A stretch of 64,000 bases of DNA, taken from NCBI GenBank assembly GCA_963807605.1, contig CAWECG010000004.1, positions 480,001 through 544,000 on the forward strand, given 5' to 3'. Within the stretch, counting starts at the first letter, position 1. Each line of letters starts with the position of its first letter. The notes under the pieces are model-generated. The model was not told the DNA's origin. It was given only the letters and a program-made list of their open reading frames with translations, and made no database searches. The translations under genes were made by a program, and so were the position numbers. Of the stretch, positions 42,279-52,773 are shown piece by piece. The stretch comes from Candidatus Bathyarchaeota archaeon. GTDB lineage: Archaea; Thermoproteota; Bathyarchaeia; 40CM-2-53-6; RBG-13-38-9.

Positions 42279-43760
42279 TCAATCTAGCGGGCGTACATGC
42301 TGGAAGAACCTACTAAAAGGCTTACTGGTCCAGATTGTCGATAATAGAAGGACAGCGTAGAGTGGAACATATTCAAGCAGTGCAATCGTCTGCGGCTCAT
42401 AATCGAGAGAGAACTGATACAGATAAGGAAGGACTACAACCGCCGTGAAATAGAGCCACCCGACCATTCTCTTGTCAAGCCCTCTTATCGCCAAGAAAGG
42501 CAGAAGCCAGATCAAATACCACTGAAACACGGATGGCGAAAATAGGAGAAACACGCCGAAAATCCAGATCAGACTCTCGGCCAATCCAGTCAGGTTATCG
42601 ACACTCTTCAATTTTAGTAATGTCGCAAAAACGAACATGAAAATCGCATAGTCAAGTATTGTGGCCACAAAAACGGAAGACTGTAGCGGAGCAAGAAGAT
42701 CTTTGACGAGTAAGAAGAGCGAAGGGTTGTAGGTTATGTTCTGAGAGTACCAGACAATCTGATTAAGAAAATTAAGACCCGAAGAAAACAATACCGGAGA
42801 AAACAGAAGCAACGATGAGCCGACAAAGCAGAGAATGAACTCTTTCAAGTGTCTCCTATACGATTTCCCCAAATACTTCAGGTAGACGGGTAATAGCAAA
42901 ATTGGGAAGAGTTTTGACCAGCAGGCAAGCGAATACATAATAGAAGATAGTCGGAAACGCCTTTTCGAAAGAAGGTACAGGCTTAACAACAAGAAGAATA
43001 GTGGCAAAGGCTCGATATGTCCGTTCCCGGCAGACTCAACTATCAGTAAAGGTGACCAAGCGTATACTACCAAACCTGAGAGCGAGAATCTCCCTTTTAA
43101 GCCACGCAGAATAAGCGTGAGAAGGCAGATGTTCAGAAGATCGAAAGTAATCATAGCAGCTTTGATTCCAATAGGATCATCGCCCACTACAGCGTAAGCA
43201 CCGGCGAAGAGGAATTGCGCCACGGGCGGATAAATCGTGAAGGTGCTCTTGAACTCATAATCCATGAAATAGGGAACATTCTTCAGTCCACTTAGCTCAG
43301 GGGAGTCCGGTCTGTAAAGGTAAGGATTCACTCCGTGACTTAACAACCTGCCATCCCAGAGAAACCGCATCATGTCGTGACTAAGACTGGGCTTCAAAGG
43401 CAGCATAATCAGTCTGAAAGCAAATGAGAACAAGAATACCGTGACGACCAAGGCCGGTGATATAGTAGACGGCCCGCGAGCTAGTCTGCTTGAAATCAAG
43501 ACCGATGATGCGTATAGCAAGAAACAGAAAAGAAAGAGCGCAACAAATTCACTTATCTTAGTCGCCGAGTCGCCCAACGATAGGATGGCAGAATATACAC
43601 CAAGCTGGACAAAACCAGAGAGAGCCAGGAGAATAATGTATCTAGATCCGAAGCCCTTCAGGCATGATATGCTGAGATTAGGAGTCCCCCTCCCGTCTAT
43701 GCTGGCGGATACCTTGTAGCGTCCGATACTTGTGGATCTTTCATGACGCTTCCAGCACAT
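42279..43760 (-). CDS. GT-C fold glycosyltransferase (GT87-like)
   Basis: DMMRFLWDGR..GVNPY, IYPP, YAWSPL..GNGHIE, QWYLIW; polytopic. Confidence 0.82.
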   Translation of the reverse strand: MCWKRHERSTSIGRYKVSASIDGRGTPNLSISCLKGFGSRYIILLALSGFVQLGVYSAILSLGDSATKISEFVALFLFCFLLYASSVLISSRLARGPSTISPALVVTVFLFSFAFRLIMLPLKPSLSHDMMRFLWDGRLLSHGVNPYLYRPDSPELSGLKNVPYFMDYEFKSTFTIYPPVAQFLFAGAYAVVGDDPIGIKAAMITFDLLNICLLTLILRGLKGRFSLSGLVVYAWSPLLIVESAGNGHIEPLPLFFLLLSLYLLSKRRFRLSSIMYSLACWSKLFPILLLPVYLKYLGKSYRRHLKEFILCFVGSSLLLFSPVLFSSGLNFLNQIVWYSQNITYNPSLFLLVKDLLAPLQSSVFVATILDYAIFMFVFATLLKLKSVDNLTGLAESLIWIFGVFLLFSPSVFQWYLIWLLPFLAIRGLDKRMVGWLYFTAVVVLPYLYQFSLDYEPQTIALLEYVPLYAVLLLSTIWTSKPFSRFFQHVRPLD

Positions 43761-43818
43761 ACGCTCCCATCTGGTAGTTGGGAATCCGCTTGCTAGATAA
43801 TAGCGTTGGGCTTGAGAC

Positions 43819-44280
43819 TTAGTTCAAGCCCTTTTGGAGAGAAACTCTCTTCCGCGTTAATGCGATCACAAGCAGAAGAGATAATGCAGTGACAAGAGGG
43901 GCTGCATATTGAGGGAATTCGGGTATTGGGACGCCAGACTCCGTCAGATAGAAGTTTAATGGTGTCGTAGACCCATCAGTGACGCTTACCGGAACGCTTT
44001 GTGACTTGCATCCAGGCACGCTACAAGTGACCATATAACTGCCGGACGGTAGGAAAAAGTAGTAGCCCCCACCAGCATTGAATACCACACTGGGAGTAAT
44101 GGTGACACTGCCACCTTTTGCAGTGATGTTTGCCCAACCAACTTGGTTGAGATCTCCCATGTGGTTCTTCACGTACACTGTCCCTTCTATCTCTCCGCCT
44201 TGCGCAACAGTCTTGTCGATACCTAATAAGAAGGCACAAGACAGAACTAATAACACCAGGATAAAAACCGCCCTTCTCAA
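43819..44280 (-). CDS. Secreted carboxypeptidase-regulatory-like domain protein with PEF-CTERM
   Basis: Signal peptide, GGYYFFLPSGSY, IPEFP + TM + basic tail. Confidence 0.85.
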   Translation of the reverse strand: MRRAVFILVLLVLSCAFLLGIDKTVAQGGEIEGTVYVKNHMGDLNQVGWANITAKGGSVTITPSVVFNAGGGYYFFLPSGSYMVTCSVPGCKSQSVPVSVTDGSTTPLNFYLTESGVPIPEFPQYAAPLVTALSLLLVIALTRKRVSLQKGLN

Positions 44281-44451
44281 AATCTCTACCTTACTGAATA
44301 ATCTCTCTAACTGCTAGAAAAACTTGTCTGCAGAGAAGTGGAATAGCTATTGAGTCAACGCGCGCTTCTGGAAAGATCAAGTTTTTGAGATACACTGGCA
44401 GCTTCGATCAAAAACTGGTAGCGTACGATTCGGTGCAGGAGACTGCCGTGA

Positions 44452-45144
44452 TTGATAATACTCAAGGATGTACCCTTGGCATTCAGCATTGACGACGCAC
44501 TGGCTGTGGGAGGCATGAGCCGCGTAGCTGACAAAATACGCAACCTGAGCGTCCTCCTAGAAGAATGCAAGAGTCTTGTCCGACCGGCTGCGGCCTACAC
44601 CTACGTGAAGATCAAGGAAATATCTGACGATGGAATCCTCGTAGAAGACGGCAAAATGCTTAGCAGCAGGAAACTCGCCGAGCAACTCAAATGCGCAACT
44701 GAAATTGCACCCTTCATAACTACGATTGGCCCACACTTGGAGCGAAGAGTAACTTCGATTGCACAAAGCCGGCTTCTCGATTCATGGGTGCTCGACAATT
44801 TAGGAACCTATGCCCTCCGTCTGGTGAACAGACATCTTGAAGAGAAAATCGCCGCTGAGAAAAAATGGAAGATATCAATATTCAATCCTGGATCCACTCC
44901 ATCATGGGAACTTGAACAACAAGAAGTCCTCTTCAGCATATTCCCCAAGGATAAGATTAGAGATGCGATTGGAGTAATCTTGAATGATAAATTCGTTATG
45001 ATGCCTAGGAAATCGATCTCAGGAATCATGGGCCAGACGATACAGGCGTATCATAATTGTTACGAATGCCCGAAGTTATGTGAATACAGACAGAAGCCTT
45101 ACATTGAACTAGCAAGAAAGCTCACCCCTTCAGGGGTGGGATGA
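44452..45144 (+). CDS. B12-dependent methionine synthase reactivation-domain-like protein; last 13 aa IS-derived
   Basis: TIGPHLE, FNPG, IGVIL..MMPRKSISG, CYECPKLCEYR. Confidence 0.85.
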   Translation: MIILKDVPLAFSIDDALAVGGMSRVADKIRNLSVLLEECKSLVRPAAAYTYVKIKEISDDGILVEDGKMLSSRKLAEQLKCATEIAPFITTIGPHLERRVTSIAQSRLLDSWVLDNLGTYALRLVNRHLEEKIAAEKKWKISIFNPGSTPSWELEQQEVLFSIFPKDKIRDAIGVILNDKFVMMPRKSISGIMGQTIQAYHNCYECPKLCEYRQKPYIELARKLTPSGVG

Positions 45145-46487
45145 ATTGCGACCAGTGTGAGACGTTTGGGGCTTAAATGTCTGGTGTTTCAATAATAATA
45201 CCGGTAGTTTCATGCAGAGAACCAACACCTTCATCCTTGCCCCAACAATGGAGCAAGAAAGAACACTGAGGGATAAAGCTACCAACTGTGCTAAACTTTG
45301 GAATGAGACGACATACCACAAAAGACAAGCATACATGAACTATCAACCCCTAAATTGGGAGTGCAAAGACCTCTATCGAAAGTATACACCACTAATCGAT
45401 TCGGCGACATCTCAACAGATCATCAGGAAGAGCAACGAGTCATGGAGAAGCTTCTTTGCCCTCAAGAAGCTGGAGCGAGAAGGCAAACTTCCGCCAAACA
45501 TGGAGAAGGTGTGTATGCCTGGATTCTGGAAGCGAGATGGAAAATACAAACTAATGATGATTCTGAGGAACGACTGCTACAATCTAAAGGATGGAGTGAT
45601 GAGACTACCAAAAAAGTTGCAGATACCCATCCGAGGCAAACCCAGATGGAGTGGGAAGCAGGGAAAGGCCGAGGTTATCTATGATGATGTTGATGGGAAG
45701 TGGCGTGTCTTTCAGGCTGTAAAGGTGAAGCCATTATTCAAGCCGAAAGGCTCCAAGACATGCTACATCGACCCCGGCGTAATCAACCTGTTCACCATTT
45801 GGCTTGAAGGATGGAGGCAACCAATATCATACAGTGGGAGAAATCTACTCTCTGATTGGTGGTACTGGGTCGATAGAATAGCAGAATGCCAGAGCAGACT
45901 CGAAACAATAAACGACAAGAAAAGTTCGAGGCGACTCAGCAAACTCTACAGGATAAGGCAACGGAGATTCCGACAAGCCATCAACACCATGATAAGAAAC
46001 ATGGTAAGAGACCTCTACGATCTCGGTGTTTCAAAGATTGTGATAGGAGACCTAACAGGCATAAGAGAGAACAATGATAATGGAAAGAAGAGCAACGCCA
46101 TAATCCACAACTTCTGGAGCTTCAACTACATCATTCAAAGACTGAAACATACAGCGCAAGAGTATAGGATACGGATCAAAGAAGTCAGCGAATACAAGAC
46201 TTCGAGCAAATGCGTGAGATGTGGGTCAGAAAACATTGAAAGGAAAGGCAGACTCTTCAAATGCCTTAATTGTGGACTAGAAGCAAATAGGGATGCTATT
46301 GGTGTTGTAAATATAGGACTCACTCAGGGGGTTAAGCTCCCTGCGGGAGTCATTAACAGGGCGATGACACGCCCTAACCTTCTAAAGTGGGATGGCATGA
46401 AGTGGGAGGCTAACAGGCCAGTGAACACTAGACCGTTGAACACTATAGAAGCTAGAATCACCCTGCCTTTAGGCGGGTGAGTGTCAA
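45103..46487 (+). mobile_element. TnpB-only IS200/IS605 element, family D copy 2
   Basis: After TTAC (45099-45102); ends TCAA. Confidence 0.93.
45212..46480 (+). CDS. tnpB: TnpB (family D, rearranged RuvC-II)
   Basis: YIDPG, IVIGDL, VSEYKTSS, NRDAIG. Confidence 0.94.
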   Translation: MQRTNTFILAPTMEQERTLRDKATNCAKLWNETTYHKRQAYMNYQPLNWECKDLYRKYTPLIDSATSQQIIRKSNESWRSFFALKKLEREGKLPPNMEKVCMPGFWKRDGKYKLMMILRNDCYNLKDGVMRLPKKLQIPIRGKPRWSGKQGKAEVIYDDVDGKWRVFQAVKVKPLFKPKGSKTCYIDPGVINLFTIWLEGWRQPISYSGRNLLSDWWYWVDRIAECQSRLETINDKKSSRRLSKLYRIRQRRFRQAINTMIRNMVRDLYDLGVSKIVIGDLTGIRENNDNGKKSNAIIHNFWSFNYIIQRLKHTAQEYRIRIKEVSEYKTSSKCVRCGSENIERKGRLFKCLNCGLEANRDAIGVVNIGLTQGVKLPAGVINRAMTRPNLLKWDGMKWEANRPVNTRPLNTIEARITLPLGG

Positions 46488-47003
46488 ACTGACATACTCG
46501 CAAAGGTCTCTTGCCACCTTTCAGATGATCTAAAGAAAAGGATCACGGATTCCATATTTCTTAGAGAAATAGGGAGGTATAAAGGTCCTAGTCGAAGGCT
46601 CCAGACACTCGGCATCCTTAACTTGGCATTGCCAGAACTGATCGAGAAGATCGAGAAGATTGAGGCTGAAGCGGATATCCTCCAGAAGGATAAGATTGAG
46701 CTCAATTCTACAATTAGAAATAATAATGATGTTATTGGAAGTCAGGCTCGTAGGATCAAACAACTAGGGGACGAAAATACGTCACTAGCGTCGGATCTCG
46801 TTCGGACGCGTAAAGCGTCTATGGACCTCTGGCAAGTCATGGTCAAGTTTTCGGAGATCTCTTTTAGGTCTGATATGGCTGACCTTGAACAGACAAGCAC
46901 TTGGTTATCGTTAGTTCAGGTTAACGAGGCAATAGCAAAAGATCTATCGTCAGTTCTCATAGCTGTAAAACCTGAAGCCCAGAAGCATAGAGATTATATA
47001 TGA
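46488..47003 (+). CDS. Coiled-coil coding region; frame open from the IS right end
   Basis: Track ORF 46623-47003 extends 45 codons without a stop to the IS boundary. Confidence 0.55.
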   Translation, partial: TDILAKVSCHLSDDLKKRITDSIFLREIGRYKGPSRRLQTLGILNLALPELIEKIEKIEAEADILQKDKIELNSTIRNNNDVIGSQARRIKQLGDENTSLASDLVRTRKASMDLWQVMVKFSEISFRSDMADLEQTSTWLSLVQVNEAIAKDLSSVLIAVKPEAQKHRDYI

Positions 47004-47193
47004 TCGCCAGAAACCCCTGATAACCGCAACGAAAGAGCAACTCAACACAGCCAAACAATTGCTGAAACAACCCTGAATGTGTTCTGGCCTCCTCAGAAAC
47101 ACGTAGTAATCTCGCAGGAACAAATTGCATGTGAGTTAACCCTGCTCCTTTATACGGGTCTCAGCCAGTCTACGCGCGGGGCTTGATTGTCTA

Positions 47194-49122
47194 TTAGTTT
47201 ACTATTCTAAGCTTGCGGATGTCTTCGGCGATTTCATGGAGTCCGAGTGTCTCAAGTTTCTCGGGTTTCGGTAAGCCCGTAGCTACTTGCCATCCGCGTG
47301 CATCATAGTATTCGTCGAGTATTCTGTCAAATCTCTCCTGGTCGACCACAGCTCCTCCGCTCGGTCCTCCACCCATGAGGGGTTCCTCAAAGAATCTCTT
47401 GGGTATAGTATCGTCCTTCCTAGACGCTCCCTCTCTCGCATTGAAGGCTTTCTCAATGTTGAAGACCCGTTCACCTGCGAGCAGCATCTCCTCGACGCCA
47501 AGACTTGACCCTGTAATTGTGTTGTAAAGGCGAGTTGCTATATCCAGGCCTTTCCTTCGAAGGTATTCAAATGTGGCAGAGCGGTAGTAGGCGAACTTGC
47601 AGAGGCCTAACAGGTCTCCTATTGTGACGAAGTCCTCGCTCCATTTGACGAGCCTCCCCTTACCTTTCACGCCGTTCCTGATGTCAGCGGCTTCTTCACT
47701 TCCAAACCACTGCTTCGCTTCAGTCGGTGTTGCAATCTCCTCAATGTAGGGGTTTGATCTGAGATGGTCCGCTCCGCGAGTCCCTGTTGCATAAGAGACT
47801 GCCCTAACAGGCATACCTCTTGGGTCACCGGCACTCATCTCAACCCCTTTTATTTGCATAGCAAATCGTTCAGATCCCTTGCCAATCTTTGAGGCTGCTC
47901 TGAGAGTTCCCTCAGCCAAGAGGTCACCTAAGTTCTCCCTCAACGCAATCCTTCTTGTGAGCTCAAGCATCACATCGGCATCCCTGAACTGCAACTTCAA
48001 TCCGGCGGTATCATCATCGGTGAGTAGACCTTTCTCATAACACTCCATGGCGAATGCAATTGTATCTCCAGTGCTCTCAGCATCAAGACCGTACATATTG
48101 GCCTGCATGGCCTGGTAGATTATGGACTCAGCATCGGTTACCCCGCAGGTGATTGCTCTCGCGATGGATTCCCACTCCATTTTAGCAACAGTGCCTGCAA
48201 ACCGTCCGGAGTTTATCCGGAACTCCCTTCTACACATCACAGAGCAGTTAGGACACGATGCAGCCTTGATAGTGTACTTATTCCTTAACAGGTCAGGATC
48301 AACACCACTCCAATCGTACGGTCCAATCCTCCAGTTTTCTGCACCGTGAATCCCAAACTTGGCCCGGTGATAGATGAACCGAGGAGTACCATACTTCTTG
48401 GCTGGAGGAACGTACGGATCCGCCGAAATGACATCCAGGTAATCTTGGACGGCTGCTTTGAAGCCTGCAGTATCTCCCAACCCAATGTCCTTATGCCCTC
48501 TCGCTGCGATCGCCTTTAGGTTCTTAGCGCCGAAGACAGCACCGCCGCCGCATCTGGCATGTGCTCCCAACCCACCGTCAGTCATTACGGAGGCGTAACG
48601 AACTAGTTTCTCACCCGCCGGGCCTATAGTTACAGTTGCGAGATCAGGGACGTCAAGTTCTTCCCTTAACGTCTTATGCGTGTCCGCGGTCAGTCTTCCC
48701 CAAAGCTTTGATGCATCGCGTATCTCCACGTCATCATCCTTTATGGCTACGTAGACAGGGTTTGATGCTCGCCCTGAGACTATCAGACAATCATATCCGC
48801 AATGTTTGAGGTTGGCGCCCAATAGTCCGGAGGAGGTTGCATCTCCGTGAAGGGAGCTCAGGGGAGACTTGAAAGTAATAGTGGTTCTGCTTGCAGCTGG
48901 GGCCGCTGTTCCCGTCAGGGCTCCAGGGGTCAGAACCATGATGTTCTCAGGCCCTAGAGGGTCGATTCCGCGCTGCACTTCCCTGTAGAGTATGATGGAG
49001 CCGAATCCTCTTCCACCAATGAATTTTGCGGCAAACTCCGGATCAAGATCTTCAATTCTATGTCTGTCTCTTGAGAGGTCTATTCTCAGGATCTTTCCAG
49101 CGTAGCCGCCCTTGAACGCCAC
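47194..49122 (-). CDS. aor: Aldehyde:ferredoxin oxidoreductase family (W/Mo-pterin)
   Basis: GYAGKILRIDL, FKSPL, IGPAGE, GAKNLKA, CPNCSVMC, RGADHL. Confidence 0.93.
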   Translation of the reverse strand: MAFKGGYAGKILRIDLSRDRHRIEDLDPEFAAKFIGGRGFGSIILYREVQRGIDPLGPENIMVLTPGALTGTAAPAASRTTITFKSPLSSLHGDATSSGLLGANLKHCGYDCLIVSGRASNPVYVAIKDDDVEIRDASKLWGRLTADTHKTLREELDVPDLATVTIGPAGEKLVRYASVMTDGGLGAHARCGGGAVFGAKNLKAIAARGHKDIGLGDTAGFKAAVQDYLDVISADPYVPPAKKYGTPRFIYHRAKFGIHGAENWRIGPYDWSGVDPDLLRNKYTIKAASCPNCSVMCRREFRINSGRFAGTVAKMEWESIARAITCGVTDAESIIYQAMQANMYGLDAESTGDTIAFAMECYEKGLLTDDDTAGLKLQFRDADVMLELTRRIALRENLGDLLAEGTLRAASKIGKGSERFAMQIKGVEMSAGDPRGMPVRAVSYATGTRGADHLRSNPYIEEIATPTEAKQWFGSEEAADIRNGVKGKGRLVKWSEDFVTIGDLLGLCKFAYYRSATFEYLRRKGLDIATRLYNTITGSSLGVEEMLLAGERVFNIEKAFNAREGASRKDDTIPKRFFEEPLMGGGPSGGAVVDQERFDRILDEYYDARGWQVATGLPKPEKLETLGLHEIAEDIRKLRIVN

Positions 49123-49692
49123 CTATTTGACCTCCTTGCCCAGACTCCTTTGCAGGGAGAATGCCCGCTCCCGTTCAAGAAACCTGGCTTCATGGCGAGA
49201 TCCTGTCAAAAGAGTCTCATCACGTGCCAGCGAGGATGCGAACATAGTTCTCCGGGCATTGATGGATTTCACGCCTGAAGTCTCAACCATGTGAAGTACC
49301 TTGCTTGGGCAGTACTTCGCACATTCAGGAGAACCGCTGCAGAGATCGCACTTAAGAGCCTTAGACGTGATAGGATCCTTGGTTATGGCGCCGATTGGAC
49401 ACCATTCTAGGCACACGCCACAACTTGTGCATCTCTCCTCATCTATTACTACGGCACCTGTCTTTTCGTTGAGCTTGATCAGATCGAGCGGACATTTTCC
49501 TAAACACAAACCACACTGAATGCAGGTCGCAGGAAGATCAAGGCCTCCGTCAAAAGAGACCACCTTGATCCTTGCTCTGTCAGGATTGAATACATTCACG
49601 TGCCTGAGGGAGCACATGAGCTCGCATAAGCGGCAACCGGTACAATGTCCTTCGAGCTCTGATCTGGGGACGTAAAGAATCTGCTTTTTCAC
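49123..49692 (-). CDS. 4Fe-4S dicluster electron-transfer subunit
   Basis: CTGCRLC, CTSCGVC..CP, KCDLC..CP. Confidence 0.93.
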   Translation of the reverse strand: MKKQILYVPRSELEGHCTGCRLCELMCSLRHVNVFNPDRARIKVVSFDGGLDLPATCIQCGLCLGKCPLDLIKLNEKTGAVVIDEERCTSCGVCLEWCPIGAITKDPITSKALKCDLCSGSPECAKYCPSKVLHMVETSGVKSINARRTMFASSLARDETLLTGSRHEARFLERERAFSLQRSLGKEVK

Positions 49693-49826
49693 CGTTTCTT
49701 ATCGCCTTAGCAACTTTGAAGGCAACTCGTAGGACGCCCAATCCCGTATTTAAACAGCTTCGAACTAGAGCGACTATTGTCAAGCGATAGACGAACAGGC
49801 CTCAAATCATAGGGAGCGCTCGCTAG

Positions 49827-50792
49827 TCATTTCCAGATTGTCTTCATGAGCTTGAGTGTCTTGAGGAATCCTGTGTCTCTATCTATTGTGACGTCTTCAG
49901 GTTTGAATTTCGTGTAGTCGTAGAAGCCTTTCCTAGTTTTCATGCCAAGTTCACCTTTAGCAACCTTCTCAGTCATAGCCTTGGGGACCCTTTTTGAATT
50001 TGATAAGCTCGGCAGTATGTACTTCCAGACTTTACAGGAAGTATCTATGCCTGCTGAATCCATCTGGTGAAATGGTCCAACCGTTGCCCATCTTAGACCG
50101 AGAACACTGTTGAGGCAGATGTCGACATCCTCAATGGTAGCAACTCCTTTCTCAACAAGGTAGAAAGCCTCCCTTCCAAGAGCATGTTGAAGTCTATTGA
50201 GCAAGAATCCATCGATCTCTTTCTTAACCACGAAAGGTACTTTGCCGATCTTCTTAATCAAATCGTATGATATCCTGAAGGTCCTGTCTGAAGTCTTCCT
50301 TCCCCTAATTATCTCTACACCAGGGACAATGTGGGGAGGTACGGAGAAATGTGTTCCAATGACTCTATCAGGCCGTTTAAGTCCTTGAGCTATCTTGGTG
50401 ATCATTAGACCCGACGTGTTAGTTGCGAGTATCGCATTGTCAGAAGCGTATTTTTCTAACTGAGTGAAGACTTTTCTTTTCATTTTGAGATCTTCCGTTA
50501 CAGCTTCCGTGACGAAGTCACAGCCTTCAGCAGCGTCTTTGATGCTTGTTGCAGAAGATATCCTGTTCAGCGCTTCTTCAGATTCATTCTCAGTAACAAA
50601 CTCGTTATTGACCAGTGTTCTGAGTTCCGCTCTTATCTGCCTCATTCCCCTCTCTAAGAGCTCGTTGTTAACATCCATCATCGTAGTTGGGTAGCCGTTC
50701 AGAGCGTAAACCTCAGTTATTCCGTGACCCATAACTCCCGAGCCTATTACGGCCATTCTGTGAATCTCTTCAACTGAGTTCATTTGATTCAT
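49827..50792 (-). CDS. 3-hydroxyacyl-CoA dehydrogenase family
   Basis: GSGVMGHG, EAVTE, TNTS, THF, GFLLNRL. Confidence 0.92.
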   Translation of the reverse strand: MNQMNSVEEIHRMAVIGSGVMGHGITEVYALNGYPTTMMDVNNELLERGMRQIRAELRTLVNNEFVTENESEEALNRISSATSIKDAAEGCDFVTEAVTEDLKMKRKVFTQLEKYASDNAILATNTSGLMITKIAQGLKRPDRVIGTHFSVPPHIVPGVEIIRGRKTSDRTFRISYDLIKKIGKVPFVVKKEIDGFLLNRLQHALGREAFYLVEKGVATIEDVDICLNSVLGLRWATVGPFHQMDSAGIDTSCKVWKYILPSLSNSKRVPKAMTEKVAKGELGMKTRKGFYDYTKFKPEDVTIDRDTGFLKTLKLMKTIWK

Positions 50793-50950
50793 TCCTTAAA
50801 TTACGTCTATATCGTCCCATTACTAAATCTGTGTATGCGCCTAGATTATTACTGCTTATCGCACACCAACGTAAACGAGCGGTAGCATACGCTAGAAGAC
50901 GATTATGACGGGGCAAGAGCAGATGATACGTCAGGGGTAACGATCGCAGG

Positions 50951-51708
50951 CTACCTCATGCCTCTTCCGCCAGATACCGTAATGATTTCTCCTGTGATGA
51001 AGTCTGATTCCTGGGATGCCAGAAAGAGCGCCGCATATGCGATTTCATCAGGCTTGCCGTTTCTCTGAAGAGGTGCCTCTTCAATCGGTATCCTTCTCCT
51101 CTCTGGTGGCAGAGAGGCGGACATATCAGTCTCTATCAGACCCGGGCAGATGGCATTAACATTCAGATGGGGACCAAGGTTAACTGCAAGTGCCCGTGTC
51201 AGACCTATGACGCCCGCTTTTGAAGCTGCGTAGGGGACATTTCCAAGAGCTGATTTCTGAGGTAAACCCGAGACAGATGCTATGTTGATTATCTTGCCTC
51301 TTTTTTGGTTAAGCATTATAGGTGCAACTTCTTTGGCGCACAGGTAACTCCCCTTAAGATTTACGTCCATCATTCTATCCCACATCTCTTCTGTGGAGTC
51401 AAGAAAGGTCGCTGGAACTAGTATCCCCGCGTTGTTGACGAGGATGTCTATTCGGCCGAATTTTTCAATGGTTTTCTCAACCATCTTCTTGACTTGGTCT
51501 GCCTTGGAGACGTCGCCTTTAACAAGTAATGCTTCCCCCCATTCTTCCTGATCTCTTCCGCTAGGCTTGTGGCCTCTTTCTCGGATCTGCTGTAGTTAAT
51601 TACGACTTTGGCTCCTTCTTGAGCGAAGAGTCTTGCTGTCGCGCGGCCGATTCCACGGGCAGCACCAGTAACAATTGCAACCTTACCTGACAATCTTTTG
51701 TTTGACAT
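50951..51708 (-). pseudogene. SDR oxidoreductase frameshifted at a G6 (versus G7) run near 51535
   Basis: Paralog 35452-36201 has 7 C on + strand at the same place, this copy has 6. May be an assembly indel. Confidence 0.85.
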
Positions 51709-51771
51709 TTAATATCACATCAGATGGAGTCTAGAATTAGTGGATCCCTATAGCTTGAATGTATTGTCAAC

Positions 51772-52689
51772 TCAACTCTTAGACAGATATCGTTTTGGGC
51801 ATTTCAAAGCTGCTGTATACAACGGATTTGTTATCTGGCTGCATTCGATTTCTGCTACTGATGTCAACAGGAGATTAGCATCCCACATGTCAAGACCGTA
51901 GTCATCCTTTAGCCAAGATATCATCTCTGTCAAGGCAATCCTGATGGTATTCTCCAGCGGTTTGGAGCTTCCAATTGTTATCAAGTACTCATCTGATTCT
52001 ATGCGAGGCCACGAGATCTTCCAATTCTTGATTAGATTTATTGTTAGTTTTGTTTCGGTTGAAACCTCGATTGGTGCGCCTCCAAGTTCTCCGTGTCCTT
52101 GCAGAGCGTGGACATCACCAAGGAACAGTAGTCCTCCAGTGACAAAGACGGGGAAATACAGCTTATTCTTCGGTCGTACTTCTAGGCAATCCATGTTTCC
52201 CCCGTGAGGGCCTGGAACGTTGCTGGGCACTTCTACCTCTGGAGCCGTTCCTATCGTTCCGACCAAAGGTTTCACAGGCAGGATTATCTCTTTTCCATTC
52301 CTCAACGGGAAGTGTATCTTGTTCTCTGTGATCTTGCAGATTTTGATTATGGTTGGGATAGTTTCGGTAAACAAGTTCCAGATGGGGCTGCCCATCTCTA
52401 TGAATCCCCAATCTGAAGTCTGTCCGGTCCAGCCGTATCCTCTTAATATCTTTACGTCTTCTATGATGACTTCTAAGGCGTCTCCCTTCTCAGCATTTTC
52501 GACAAATATTGGTCCGGATAGCGGATTTAGAGGGGGGTGTATCTGGTCTCTGTCATTTACAGAATTGACTCTATTGCCCACATTGTCAAGGGTCTCGATC
52601 GTGACGGTCTCGCCTGATCTTATTCTTAGTTCCGGTTCTATGCTGGGGCTAATAGTGTGGTAGCGCTTTTTTTGTCTTAAGCACGTCAA
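51772..52689 (-). CDS. Acetamidase/formamidase family protein
   Basis: NPLSGPIFV, GPHGGNMD, LGDVHALQGHGE. Confidence 0.92.
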   Translation of the reverse strand: MTCLRQKKRYHTISPSIEPELRIRSGETVTIETLDNVGNRVNSVNDRDQIHPPLNPLSGPIFVENAEKGDALEVIIEDVKILRGYGWTGQTSDWGFIEMGSPIWNLFTETIPTIIKICKITENKIHFPLRNGKEIILPVKPLVGTIGTAPEVEVPSNVPGPHGGNMDCLEVRPKNKLYFPVFVTGGLLFLGDVHALQGHGELGGAPIEVSTETKLTINLIKNWKISWPRIESDEYLITIGSSKPLENTIRIALTEMISWLKDDYGLDMWDANLLLTSVAEIECSQITNPLYTAALKCPKRYLSKS

Positions 52690-52773
52690 AATACTTCACC
52701 ATAATGTTTCTATCTTTTAAATGCGCGATTATCCGAAAAGGCCCGGCGCAGCGACTTATTCAACAGCGGATCG

